Source: an uncultured Pelagibacteraceae bacterium (GTDB lineage: Bacteria > Pseudomonadota > Alphaproteobacteria > Pelagibacterales > Pelagibacteraceae). From it: a stretch of 64,000 nt of DNA. A model generated the notes under the pieces. It saw only the letters and a program-made list of their open reading frames with translations. It had not been told where the DNA came from and did no database searches. The stretch's first letter is position 1. Each line of letters begins with the position of its first letter. Position numbers and translations under genes: made by a program. Positions 30,552 through 40,581 of this stretch are shown in pieces. Location: positions 20,753 to 84,752 of the forward strand of contig CACGLI010000002.1 in assembly GCA_902573865.1 (NCBI GenBank), written 5' to 3'.

Positions 30552-33208
30552 AAAAATATTTATTTAATTTTGAAGATAGTAAAATTAAAAATCTTAAAAA
30601 TAAAAAAAATATTCTTGGAGGAAAGGGCGCTAATCTTGCTGAAATGGGTAGATTAGGCTTACCTGTTCCACCTGGTTTCACTATTTCTACAGAAGTTTGC
30701 GATCTTTTTTATTCAAATAAAAAAAAACTGCCAAAAAGTATAATTAAAGCTGTAAAAAAAGAGCTTACAGTCATTGAGAAGAAAACAAATAAAAAATTTG
30801 GTGATTTAAAAAATCCTTTGCTTGTATCTGTAAGGTCTGGAGCTAGAATTTCAATGCCTGGAATGATGGACACAATTCTAAATTTAGGTCTAAATGATAA
30901 AACAGTGGATGCTTTATCAAAGAAAACAAATAATCCAAGATTTTCAAGAGATAGTTATAGAAGATTTATTCAGATGTATAGCAGTGTAGTCCTCGGTGTT
31001 GAAGGTCATTTATTTGAAGAATTAATTGACAATTTTAAATTAACAAAAGGAGTTTTACTTGATACTGAATTGAGCGAACAAGACTGGGATGGATTAATTG
31101 AGGATTTTAAAAAGCTAGTCAAATCAACAACAGGTAAAGATTTTCCCCAAAATGTAAATGAACAACTTCTAGGGGCCATCAATGCTGTATTTTTATCTTG
31201 GAACAGTCAAAGAGCAAAAGTTTACCGAAAACTCAATCAAATTCCAGGAGAGTGGGGTACTGCTGTAAATATTCAAGCAATGGTATTTGGAAACATGGGA
31301 AATGATTGCTCTACAGGAGTTGCTTTTACAAGAAACCCATCAACAGGAGAAAAAGCTTTTTTCGGTGAATTTTTAATTAATGCTCAGGGCGAAGATGTTG
31401 TAGCGGGTACTAGAACTCCACAACACATAACGAAAAAAGCTAGAGGAGACTCTAATGCTGAAGGACTGTCTATGGAAGAGGTTATGCCTAAAGTTTATAA
31501 GCAACTCACTCAAGTTTTTTTAAAATTAGAAAAACATTATAAAGATATGCAAGACATTGAGTTCACAGTAGAAAACAATAAACTTTGGATGTTGCAAACA
31601 AGATCAGGAAAAAGGACGGCTAAAGCTGCTATAAAAATTGCAGTCGATATGGTCAAGGAAAAATTAATTTCAAAAAAAGAGGCAATACTTAGAATAGATC
31701 CAAACACATTAAATACTTTACTACATCCTACTTTAGACGAAAATGTGGAAAAACAAATTATTGCCTCAGGTCTTCCTGCATCGCCTGGAGCTGCGAGCGG
31801 AAAAGTTGTTTTTAGCGCAGATGAAGCCGAAAAGTTAAATGAGATGATGCAAGATACTATTTTGGTGAGACTAGAAACTTCCCCCGAAGATATTCATGGT
31901 ATGCATGCAGCTAAGGGTATTTTGACCGCAAGAGGTGGGATGACAAGTCATGCAGCTGTTGTCGCAAGAGGAATGGGAAGACCATGTGTTTCTGGGTCAA
32001 GTGAAATTACAATTGATTATGAGGCAAAATTATTTAAAGCAGGAGGGTTAATTGTCAAAGAGGGAGAAGTTATAACAATAGACGGAGGAAGTGGAAAAGT
32101 CATGAAAGGTTTAGTGCCAACAGTAAAACCAGAGATCTCAGGATATTTCTCTACAATTATGAAATGGTCTGACGAATTTAGAAAACTAAAAATTAGAACA
32201 AATGCAGAGACAGAAAACGATAGTAAAACGGCAAGAGATTTTGGCGCAGAAGGTATTGGATTGTGTAGAACAGAGCATATGTTTTTTGATGAGAAAAGAA
32301 TTTTATCTGTAAGACAAATGATTTTATCTAAGTCTAAAGAAGATAGAAATGGAGCATTAGAAAAACTTTTGCCTTACCAAAAAGAGGACTTTAAAAAAAT
32401 CTTTAAGGTAATGTCGGGGTTACCAGTTACTATCAGATTACTTGATCCTCCACTTCATGAGTTTTTGCCTAAAGTGGAAAAAGATATTGAGGAAGTTGCT
32501 AGATCTCTAAATTTATCTTCTAAAGAAGTTAAAGACAGAATAGCAGAGCTTCATGAGGAAAACCCAATGCTTGGTCATAGGGGATGCAGGCTTGGTATTT
32601 CTTTTCCAGAAATTTATGAAATGCAATGTAAAGCAATATTCGAGTCTATAATTCAATTGAAAAAAGATAAAATAAAATCTGCATTTGTAGAAATCATGAT
32701 ACCCCTGGTTTCAACCGATTTAGAACTTAAAATTTTGAGAGACTTAGTAAATAAAACCGCTAAAGAAATTGAAAAAGAGAGCAAAATAAAACTAGAATAT
32801 ATGGTTGGTACTATGATTGAATTGCCCCGTGCAGCTTTGCAAGCTAAATCAATATCAAAATACGCTGATTTCTTTAGTTTTGGTACTAATGATTTAACAC
32901 AAACTACCTTTGGGATAAGCAGAGATGACTCAGGTAAATTTCTAAATGACTACATTGAAAACAAAATCTTTGATGTAGACCCTTTTGTGAGCATTGATCA
33001 GAATGGTGTTGGTGAACTTGTGGAGATAGCCTCTTCAAGAGGAAGGAAGGCAAATAAAAAAATAAAGTTAGGAATTTGCGGAGAACATGGCGGAGATCCA
33101 AAAAGTATTAAATTTTGTGCAAAAAGAGGTCTAAACTATGTTTCTTGTTCTCCATTTAGAGTACCAGTGGCTAGATTAGCGGCAGCTCAAGCGGAATTAT
33201 CGAAATAA
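30548..33208 (+). CDS. ppdK: Pyruvate, phosphate dikinase (GTG start)
   Basis: LGGKGANLAEM, SVRSGA, GGMTSHAAVVARG, FSFGTNDLTQ, GICGEHGG. Confidence 0.98.
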   Translation: MKKYLFNFEDSKIKNLKNKKNILGGKGANLAEMGRLGLPVPPGFTISTEVCDLFYSNKKKLPKSIIKAVKKELTVIEKKTNKKFGDLKNPLLVSVRSGARISMPGMMDTILNLGLNDKTVDALSKKTNNPRFSRDSYRRFIQMYSSVVLGVEGHLFEELIDNFKLTKGVLLDTELSEQDWDGLIEDFKKLVKSTTGKDFPQNVNEQLLGAINAVFLSWNSQRAKVYRKLNQIPGEWGTAVNIQAMVFGNMGNDCSTGVAFTRNPSTGEKAFFGEFLINAQGEDVVAGTRTPQHITKKARGDSNAEGLSMEEVMPKVYKQLTQVFLKLEKHYKDMQDIEFTVENNKLWMLQTRSGKRTAKAAIKIAVDMVKEKLISKKEAILRIDPNTLNTLLHPTLDENVEKQIIASGLPASPGAASGKVVFSADEAEKLNEMMQDTILVRLETSPEDIHGMHAAKGILTARGGMTSHAAVVARGMGRPCVSGSSEITIDYEAKLFKAGGLIVKEGEVITIDGGSGKVMKGLVPTVKPEISGYFSTIMKWSDEFRKLKIRTNAETENDSKTARDFGAEGIGLCRTEHMFFDEKRILSVRQMILSKSKEDRNGALEKLLPYQKEDFKKIFKVMSGLPVTIRLLDPPLHEFLPKVEKDIEEVARSLNLSSKEVKDRIAELHEENPMLGHRGCRLGISFPEIYEMQCKAIFESIIQLKKDKIKSAFVEIMIPLVSTDLELKILRDLVNKTAKEIEKESKIKLEYMVGTMIELPRAALQAKSISKYADFFSFGTNDLTQTTFGISRDDSGKFLNDYIENKIFDVDPFVSIDQNGVGELVEIASSRGRKANKKIKLGICGEHGGDPKSIKFCAKRGLNYVSCSPFRVPVARLAAAQAELSK

Positions 33209-34027
33209 TAAAGTTGTGTCAAAAGATTTAGCGCTGTGAGTTATAGCACCAACAGAAATTCTATCAATCCCAGTTGTTGATATTAGTTTGACATTCTTAA
33301 GTGTAGTATTGCCCGAATACTCAGTTTGATATTTGTTTTTACATAGCCTTAAACACTTTTTTAATTGTTTTGCGCTCATATTATCAAAAAGTATTCTATT
33401 AAATTTTAATCCTAAAATTTGCTTGAGTTGACTGATATTTTCTATCTCAACAGTAACAATTTTTTTTGTTTTAATAGCCTTTTCAATTAAATTTTTAAGA
33501 TTGTTAGAAGCAGTTATATGATTCTCTTTTATCAGAATTTCATCACTTAAGTTATATCTATGGTTATGGCCACCACCTATTTTTACGGCATATTTTTCAA
33601 TAGTTCTTAAATTAGGGGTAGTTTTTCTTGTACAACAGATCTTTGTTTTATTACTAATCTTTTTTATAAATTGATTGGTTAATGTAGCAATCCCAGATGC
33701 ATGATTAAGAAAGTTTAATGCGGTTCTCTCGGCAATTAAAATAGTTTTTATCTTTGCTTTAATTTCAATAATGATTCTATTTTTTTTTACTTTTCCTCCA
33801 TCATAGACTCTGTTTTTAAACTCTACCTCTCTTCCAGTAAGCTTAAAAGCTGCTTTACAAAAATCTAATCCTGCTATTACTCCATCTTGTTTTGCAATAA
33901 TAAAGGCCCTTACTACTCTATCCTTTCTCTCTAAAAGATTGGTAGTTATGTCACCTCTTGGCTTTAAATCTTCTTTCAAAGCCATTTTTACAACATTTTT
34001 TATATAAGATGGATTTAATTTTAACAC
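33197..34027 (-). CDS. nadC: Quinolinate phosphoribosyltransferase
   Basis: EDL...GDITT, ERTALNFL, TRKTTP, HRYNLSD, KENH. Confidence 0.93.
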   Translation of the reverse strand: MLKLNPSYIKNVVKMALKEDLKPRGDITTNLLERKDRVVRAFIIAKQDGVIAGLDFCKAAFKLTGREVEFKNRVYDGGKVKKNRIIIEIKAKIKTILIAERTALNFLNHASGIATLTNQFIKKISNKTKICCTRKTTPNLRTIEKYAVKIGGGHNHRYNLSDEILIKENHITASNNLKNLIEKAIKTKKIVTVEIENISQLKQILGLKFNRILFDNMSAKQLKKCLRLCKNKYQTEYSGNTTLKNVKLISTTGIDRISVGAITHSAKSFDTTLLFR

Positions 34028-34032
34028 TTATT

Positions 34033-35001
34033 TTAACGACCAATATTAGCCATTCTAGTAACCGATTCTCTCGCTCTCATCGCAATATTATTTCCAATTT
34101 TAATTTCATTTATTTCTTTTTCAAGACAATCGTAAATTTTTTTTAATGTAATTTTTTTCATGAAGGGACATAAATTACATGGTTTGATAAAATCTACTTT
34201 AGGATTTTCAATTTGTATATTGTCACTCATAGAACATTCAGTAACTAATAAAACTTTTTTTGGTTGTTTTTCTTTCACATAATTCACCATACTAGATGTT
34301 GATCCTGCAAAGTCTGAGGCGTTTATAACATCAGGGGGACATTCAGGATGAGCAATTATTTTGATACCTGGGTTTTGTTTTCTTATGTCATTTATTTCAT
34401 TCCCAGTAAATTTTTCATGCACAATACATGTTCCTTGCCATGATATAATTTTCACTTTAGTATTTTTTTGGACATAGTTTGCTAGATAGTGATCGGGGAG
34501 AAATATAACTTTATCTACTCCTAAGGACTCGACGACTTTAACCGCATTAGCTGATGTACAGCACACATCACTTTCAGCTTTTACTTCTGCAGATGTATTT
34601 ACATAAGAAACAACTGGTACTCCAGGATATTTTTCTTTTAACATTCTTACATCTTCACCAGTTATAGAGGAAGCTAAAGAACAACCCGCGTCCATGTCAG
34701 GAATAAGAACTTTTTTTTTTGGGTTCATTAATTTTGCGGTCTCAGCCATAAAGTGAACCCCGCAAAGTACAATTATATCGGCTTTCGTTTTAGCTGCTTC
34801 CAAGGCCAAAGCTAAGGAGTCAGCAGCTATATCCGCCACTCCATGATAAATTTCTGGAGTTTGATAGTTATGAGCCAGGATGACTGCATTTTTTTCTTTT
34901 TTCAATTTGTTAATTTTTTCAATGTATGGAGCGTGAAAATCCCACTCTATGTTAGGCACAACTTTTGAAATTTTGTTATAAATATTATCAATTTTACTCA
35001 T
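34033..35001 (-). CDS. nadA: Quinolinate synthase (start taken as ATG 35001; ORF track begins at 35019)
   Basis: [36 protein letters not shown]. Confidence 0.96.
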   Translation of the reverse strand: MSKIDNIYNKISKVVPNIEWDFHAPYIEKINKLKKEKNAVILAHNYQTPEIYHGVADIAADSLALALEAAKTKADIIVLCGVHFMAETAKLMNPKKKVLIPDMDAGCSLASSITGEDVRMLKEKYPGVPVVSYVNTSAEVKAESDVCCTSANAVKVVESLGVDKVIFLPDHYLANYVQKNTKVKIISWQGTCIVHEKFTGNEINDIRKQNPGIKIIAHPECPPDVINASDFAGSTSSMVNYVKEKQPKKVLLVTECSMSDNIQIENPKVDFIKPCNLCPFMKKITLKKIYDCLEKEINEIKIGNNIAMRARESVTRMANIGR

Positions 35002-35060
35002 ATATTTATAATCTATCAACTTGAATGAATATTGTCATTCATTTATTGTCGCATATTGGA

Positions 35061-35144
35061 GCGGTCGTGCTGAAATTGGTAGACAGGCACGCTTGAGGGG
35101 CGTGTGGGTTTCCCGTGAGAGTTCGAGTCTCTCCGACCGCACCA
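35061..35144 (+). tRNA. tRNA-Leu, anticodon GAG
   Basis: 84-nt type II cloverleaf gcggtcg...cgaccgc-a-cca; anticodon arm cacgc-ttGAGgg-gcgtg; long variable arm. Confidence 0.95.
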
Positions 35145-35156
35145 AATACATTTATT

Positions 35157-35276
35157 ATGATTGAATATTTAAAAAAAAATAAAAAAATTATACTTATAAT
35201 TCTTATTATAGCCTTTATAGAACTAAGTGGATACGGAATTTTAGCTTCTCTTTCAAGATTATTAAATGCTCTTTAA
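35157..35276 (+). CDS. Putative 39-aa small membrane protein (not in ORF track)
   Basis: MIEYLKKNKKIILIILIIAFIELSGYGILASLSRLLNAL*; fills the gap between tRNA-Leu and ygfZ; basic N-terminus then hydrophobic helix. Confidence 0.55.
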   Translation: MIEYLKKNKKIILIILIIAFIELSGYGILASLSRLLNAL

Positions 35277-36143
35277 TATTTTGCATTTTTTGTTATTTGC
35301 TAATAAATCTTTATTTATAAATTCTTCTAAGTTTGGATCAAACATTTTAATTAAACCGAAAGTATAAGGTTTATCTATTAAAATTTTTCCTATCTTATTG
35401 TCTTTATATATCAGCTCATCTCCTATATTTAAGTCTTCCGATGATGATATTGGTAATAATTTTCTTCTTAATTTATTTTTTAATTTCATCCTTGCAGTAT
35501 TCTCTTGTCCTATAAAGCATCCTTTCTTAAAGTCGATAGCTTGAAGTGCTTCAAAATTTGCTTCCAATCCAAACAATTGATCTTTTAAATTTTGCACACC
35601 TTTTTCAGGAATTCCAAAATTATAAGCAAGAGTGAAATATTCAGAACTATCTGTAATTTTTAAATTCAATTTTTTTATTGTTAAATATAATTTTTCTAAG
35701 TTCGAAACTATTCTAGCACCCAAGTATTTATTTCTTGGGTCTAAAAAAATAGGAGTGTCTCTATATGAAATGGTATTATCATCCAGGTTCATTTTAATTT
35801 GGAGCTCTTTAAATTTTTCATGATGCATCACTCCTACAACATATTCTGCTGAAAGATCCTCTATATCAACTTTTGATCTTAATTTATATTTAGATAAATT
35901 TTGAATTAAATCTTCAGTTGAATTTTCACTACAATCTAACAAATATCCATTTCTATTTTTGATAACAAAGAACTCATTTAAATACTTGCCTTGAGGCGTC
36001 AATAAAGCTGCAAAAATTGAATTTTTATAAGAAGATTTTTTTATATCATTAGTAATAATATTTTGAAGGAAATCACTAGCATCTTCACCTTTTATTAAAA
36101 CCGTTCCCCTTTTTTCCAAAATAATTACTTGATCTTTTTTCAT
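35262..36143 (-). CDS. ygfZ: Folate-binding Fe-S cluster repair protein YgfZ
   Basis: GEDASDFLQ, LTPQGK, KGCFIGQE signature. Confidence 0.93.
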   Translation of the reverse strand: MKKDQVIILEKRGTVLIKGEDASDFLQNIITNDIKKSSYKNSIFAALLTPQGKYLNEFFVIKNRNGYLLDCSENSTEDLIQNLSKYKLRSKVDIEDLSAEYVVGVMHHEKFKELQIKMNLDDNTISYRDTPIFLDPRNKYLGARIVSNLEKLYLTIKKLNLKITDSSEYFTLAYNFGIPEKGVQNLKDQLFGLEANFEALQAIDFKKGCFIGQENTARMKLKNKLRRKLLPISSSEDLNIGDELIYKDNKIGKILIDKPYTFGLIKMFDPNLEEFINKDLLANNKKCKILKSI

Positions 36144-36180
36144 ATTTATTACTTATACATTATTATAAGAGAAAAAAAAT

Positions 36181-37494
36181 ATGTCAGATAATCTTAGTCT
36201 AATTATAAAAAATGGTTCTTGTTACATAAATGGCAAATTAACAAAAACTGACATCGGACTATTAGAAAATAAAATTAAAATAATAGGTAAAATTAATGTT
36301 AATAATGCAAAAGTTTATGATGCTACAAATAAATTAGTTTTACCGGGCATAATAGATACCCAAGTTCATTTTAGAGAGCCAGGATCTACTGATGCTGAAG
36401 ATTTAGAAAGCGGGAGCAGGGCAGCAGTTTTAGGTGGTGTGACATCTTTATTTGAAATGCCAAACACAAATCCACCAACTGCTAATTTAATTGAATTTGA
36501 AAAAAAATTAAAGGCCGCAAAAAATAGAATGCATAGTAATTATGCTTTTTATTTTGGAGCGACACCTGATAACACAGATCAACTTAAACAATTAAAGAAT
36601 GTAGAGGGTTGTTGCGGCGTTAAGTTATTTGCCGGATCATCCACAGGAAACTTATTGGTTGATAAGGAATCTGATATTGAAAAAGTAATTTCAAGTAGTG
36701 ATCGAATTGTCTCAATTCACTCAGAGGATGAAGATATTATTAAATTAAGAAAAAAATTTATAAAACAAGGCAATGTCCATTCACATCCTGAATGGAGAAA
36801 TGTTGAGTGCGCAATGTCCTCTACACGAAGAGTAGTTAAAATTGCAGAAAGATATAATAAAAAAATCCATGTACTTCATGTTACCACTAAAGAAGAAGTA
36901 GATTTTTTAGCAATGCATAAAAAAAATGTAACTTTTGAAACTACTCCACAACATTTAACTTTATTTGCACCAGACTGTTATGATAAACTTGGTACATACG
37001 CCCAAATGAACCCTCCTTTACGTTCCAAAGAACATTACGAAAGACTTTGGGTAGCTATAAAAAATAATATTGTTGATGTATTAGGATCTGATCATGCTCC
37101 ACATCTGAAATCAAATAAAGATAAAGAATATCCCAATACACCCTCTGGCATGCCAGGTGTGCAAACTATTTTTCCAATAATGATTGACCATGTAAATAAC
37201 GGTAAGTTAACTTTAACTCAATTAATAAATCTGATGTGTGAGAATCCCTGCAGAATTTTTGGAATAAAGAATAAAGGTTTTATAAAAGAGGGCTATGATG
37301 CTGATTTAACCATAGTTGATATGAACAAAAAGGTAACGATTAAAAATGAAATGATGGCAAGCAAATGTGGCTGGACGCCATTTCATAATCATAAAATTAC
37401 AGGTTTTCCTGTGGGCACGATTGTTAATGGGAATTTAGTAATGGAAGATGGAAAAATACTTATTAAGTCCAAAGGAAAACCTTTAGAGTTTTAA
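36181..37494 (+). CDS. pyrC: Dihydroorotase
   Basis: PGIIDTQVHFREPG, EMPNT, QMNPPLR, GSDHAPH. Confidence 0.88.
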   Translation: MSDNLSLIIKNGSCYINGKLTKTDIGLLENKIKIIGKINVNNAKVYDATNKLVLPGIIDTQVHFREPGSTDAEDLESGSRAAVLGGVTSLFEMPNTNPPTANLIEFEKKLKAAKNRMHSNYAFYFGATPDNTDQLKQLKNVEGCCGVKLFAGSSTGNLLVDKESDIEKVISSSDRIVSIHSEDEDIIKLRKKFIKQGNVHSHPEWRNVECAMSSTRRVVKIAERYNKKIHVLHVTTKEEVDFLAMHKKNVTFETTPQHLTLFAPDCYDKLGTYAQMNPPLRSKEHYERLWVAIKNNIVDVLGSDHAPHLKSNKDKEYPNTPSGMPGVQTIFPIMIDHVNNGKLTLTQLINLMCENPCRIFGIKNKGFIKEGYDADLTIVDMNKKVTIKNEMMASKCGWTPFHNHKITGFPVGTIVNGNLVMEDGKILIKSKGKPLEF

Positions 37495-39381
37495 AATTTT
37501 ATTTTCAATTAAGTCAGCTTTAATTTCATCTAAAATAGCAGGGTCATCTATAGTTGCAGGCATTTTATAAGTTTCATTATCTGCAATTTTTCTTACTGTT
37601 CCCCTAAGTACTTTACCAGATCTAGTTTTAGGTAATCTTTTAACAACGATTGCAATTTTAAAAGCTGCAACTGGACCAACTTTCTCTCTAACCATTGCAA
37701 TACATTCTTTTATAATCTCCTCATTCTTTTGCTTAACTCCAGCTTTTAAAGCTAACAATCCAATAGGTATTTGTCCTTTAAGTTTATCTGCGATACCGAT
37801 AACAGCGCACTCTGCCACAGACTTATGTTCAGCGAGGACCTCTTCAATAGCTCCTGTAGATAGTCTATGTCCTGCAACATTTATTATATCGTCGGTTCTA
37901 GACATTATCCAAACGTAGCCATCTTCATCAATATGACCAGCATCATAAGTTTGATAATAACCTGGGTAATTACTCATATAATTTTCTTTGTATCTTTTGT
38001 CTGCACCCCAAAGAGTTGGGAATGTTCCTGGAGGAAGAGGAAGTTTCACAACAATATCACCCATTTTTCCTGGTCCAACCTCTTTTCCCTCAGAGTTTAA
38101 AACTTTAAGATCATATCCTGGCACTGGTTTAAATGCTGATCCATATTTTACTGGAAATTTTTCTATGCCTGTGCAACTTGATGTAATTGCCCAGCTGGTC
38201 TCTGTTTGCCACCAGTGATCTATTACTGGAGAGCCTGATAAATTTTCAAACCATTTTATTGTATCAGGATCAGCTCGCTCTCCAGCTAAAAATAAGGTAT
38301 CAAATTTACTTAAATCATATTTTTTAAAAAATTTTCCTTCTGGGTCCTCTTTTTTAATTGCCCTTATGGCTGTTGGGGCAGTAAACAAAGATCTAACTTT
38401 GTGTTCAGATATTACTCTCCAAAATACTCCTGCATCAGGAGTTCCTACTGGTTTACCCTCGAATAAGACAGTTGTGCATCCGTAAAATAGGGGACCATAA
38501 ACTATGTAGGAGTGACCAACAATCCAGCCTATGTCACTGGCTGACCACCAAACATCATCAGGGCTAATATTATAAATATTTTTCATTGTCCACTTAAGAG
38601 CAACTATATGGCCACCAATATCTCTTACTATACCCTTAGGTAGGCCTGTAGTGCCTGATGTATAAAGTATGTATGCATAATCGTTTGCATTCATTTCTAC
38701 ACACTCTTGAGGTTTAACATTTTTGTGAGCTTCATCCCATGAAATATCTTTTTTAGGATCGAGAGTGCACTCATTTTTATCTCTTTGAAAAATTATGCAT
38801 CTACTTGGCTTGTGATTTGAAAGTTGCAACGCTTTATTTAAAAGAGGTTTATATTCCACTACTCTTCCTGGCTCAAAGCCGCAAGAAGCAGAAACGATTA
38901 TTTTTGCTTTTGAGTCGTCTATTCTGCTTGCAAGTTCATTAGCCGCAAAACCTCCAAATACCACTGAGTGAACTGCTCCAATTCTTCCACACGCTAGCAT
39001 TGCCACAACAGCCTCAGGTATCATTGGCATGTAAATTATAACTCTATCACCCTTTTTTACCCCTTGATTGACTAATGCTCCTGCAAACAGTGAAACCTTT
39101 TCTCTCAATTCATTGTAAGTAATTTTTTTTGAAACACCTGTTATTGGACTATCATAAATTATAGCTATTTTTTCACCTTTTCCATTATCAATATGAAAGT
39201 CGACAGCATTATAACAAGTATTAGTGACACCATCCTCGTACCACTTAAAAAATGGAGGATTAGATGAGTTCAAAATTTTTGTTGGTTTCTTGTACCAAAA
39301 TATTTCCTCTGCTACTTCTCTCCAAAAATTCTCTCTATTTTGTATAGAAGAGTCATATATTTGCTGGTAAGTCTTTTTCAA
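37483..39381 (-). CDS. prpE: Propionyl-CoA synthetase / acyl-CoA ligase (TTG start, AGGAG SD)
   Basis: YTSGTTGLPKG, SDIGWIVGH, DHWWQTET, PKTRSGK. Confidence 0.88.
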   Translation of the reverse strand: MKKTYQQIYDSSIQNRENFWREVAEEIFWYKKPTKILNSSNPPFFKWYEDGVTNTCYNAVDFHIDNGKGEKIAIIYDSPITGVSKKITYNELREKVSLFAGALVNQGVKKGDRVIIYMPMIPEAVVAMLACGRIGAVHSVVFGGFAANELASRIDDSKAKIIVSASCGFEPGRVVEYKPLLNKALQLSNHKPSRCIIFQRDKNECTLDPKKDISWDEAHKNVKPQECVEMNANDYAYILYTSGTTGLPKGIVRDIGGHIVALKWTMKNIYNISPDDVWWSASDIGWIVGHSYIVYGPLFYGCTTVLFEGKPVGTPDAGVFWRVISEHKVRSLFTAPTAIRAIKKEDPEGKFFKKYDLSKFDTLFLAGERADPDTIKWFENLSGSPVIDHWWQTETSWAITSSCTGIEKFPVKYGSAFKPVPGYDLKVLNSEGKEVGPGKMGDIVVKLPLPPGTFPTLWGADKRYKENYMSNYPGYYQTYDAGHIDEDGYVWIMSRTDDIINVAGHRLSTGAIEEVLAEHKSVAECAVIGIADKLKGQIPIGLLALKAGVKQKNEEIIKECIAMVREKVGPVAAFKIAIVVKRLPKTRSGKVLRGTVRKIADNETYKMPATIDDPAILDEIKADLIENKILKL

Positions 39382-39524
39382 ATCACTCCTGCAGTTAATT
39401 CAATTATTTAGAGATTATTTCATAAATATCCCCAAAAAAAAACAAAAAATCCAGTAAATATGCGGTTTTTTTATCAAAAAAAAGCTTCACTGTGCTTAAT
39501 ATTTTTACTATGGTCCTTTCATAT

Positions 39525-39600
39525 TATTCAGGGGTATTAATATACTTGCCTGGGTAGTTTAATATTAAACTAAACGAAAACTAACTAACGAGGGAGGTTT
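39525..39600 (+). promoter_or_regulatory. Structured 5' leader of proteorhodopsin
   Basis: G-U-containing hairpin 39525-39556, perfect 18-bp palindrome tagtttaatattaaacta 39555-39572, A/C-rich tract, strong SD GGGAGG. Confidence 0.5.
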
Positions 39601-39602
39601 TC

Positions 39603-40373
39603 ATGAGAAAATTAAGTCTAATCGCTTTAGCTGCAGTTGCCTTTTTGGGTATTACTGGTTCAGCTAACGCAGCGACAGTTAATCTTCAGACAGGAGATTT
39701 CGTAGGAATTTCTTTCTGGCTTGTATCTATGGGGATGATCGCAACGACTGTGTTCTTTTTCGCTGAAAGAGGAACGGTAGCTGCATCATGGAGAACTTCA
39801 ATAACAGTAGCTGGACTAGTTACTGGTGTTGCATTTGTTCACTACATGTACATGCGAGAAGTTTGGGTGACAACTAATGATACACCAACAGTATATAGAT
39901 ATATTGATTGGTTAATCACAGTTCCACTTCAGATGATTGAATTCTATTTAATCTTGGCTGCTGTAAGAAAAGTTCCAAGCTCAATATTCTGGAAACTATT
40001 AATTGGTTCATTAGTAATGTTAATCGGTGGATACTTAGGTGAAGCTGGCTACATTCAACCATTTGTAGGTTTTGTAATCGGAATGGCTGGATGGATTTAC
40101 ATACTATTTGAAATCTTTTCAGGTGAAGCTGGCACTATGGCTGCAAAAAGCGGAAACAAAGCTATGATAACTGCTTTCAGTGCAATGAGAATAATCGTAA
40201 CAATCGGTTGGGCAATATATCCTTTAGGTTATATTTTTGGTTACCTAACTGGTGGTGTAGATGCCAACGCACTAAACATTATCTATAACTTAGCTGACTT
40301 TATTAACAAGATCGCATTTGGTCTTGTGATTTGGGCAGCTGCTATGCAGAACACTAGATTAGCTACAAGATAA
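39603..40373 (+). CDS. Proteorhodopsin, DTE proton pump, Gln at the spectral tuning site (blue-absorbing type)
   Basis: Signal peptide, 7 TM, H80, RYIDWLITVPLQMIE (D102/T106/Q110/E113), retinal lysine in DFINKIAFG. Confidence 0.97.
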   Translation: MRKLSLIALAAVAFLGITGSANAATVNLQTGDFVGISFWLVSMGMIATTVFFFAERGTVAASWRTSITVAGLVTGVAFVHYMYMREVWVTTNDTPTVYRYIDWLITVPLQMIEFYLILAAVRKVPSSIFWKLLIGSLVMLIGGYLGEAGYIQPFVGFVIGMAGWIYILFEIFSGEAGTMAAKSGNKAMITAFSAMRIIVTIGWAIYPLGYIFGYLTGGVDANALNIIYNLADFINKIAFGLVIWAAAMQNTRLATR

Positions 40374-40388
40374 TTAAAAAAAATGATT

Positions 40389-40426
40389 AAAGGGCGGGTG
40401 CATTATGTGCACTTGCCCTTTTTTCT
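40389..40426 (+). terminator. Intrinsic terminator after proteorhodopsin
   Basis: Stem aagggcgggtgca / tgcacttgccctt followed by a T run. Confidence 0.88.
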
Positions 40427-40446
40427 TTAATGCTTATATATAAATC

Positions 40447-40581
40447 ATGGAATTATCAAAACCGTATAAAGGAAAAGGAAAACGTAAAATTAAAAAAATG
40501 CCTTTTACTGTAAAAGGTTACATAATGTATTATGCTTTTTTTTGGATAGTAATTATATCCATATACTTGGTTAATGCCTAA
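40447..40581 (+). CDS. Putative 44-aa small membrane protein (not in ORF track)
   Basis: MELSKPYKGKGKRKIKKMPFTVKGYIMYYAFFWIVIISIYLVNA*; stop overlaps the ferredoxin start by 8 nt. Confidence 0.6.
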   Translation: MELSKPYKGKGKRKIKKMPFTVKGYIMYYAFFWIVIISIYLVNA

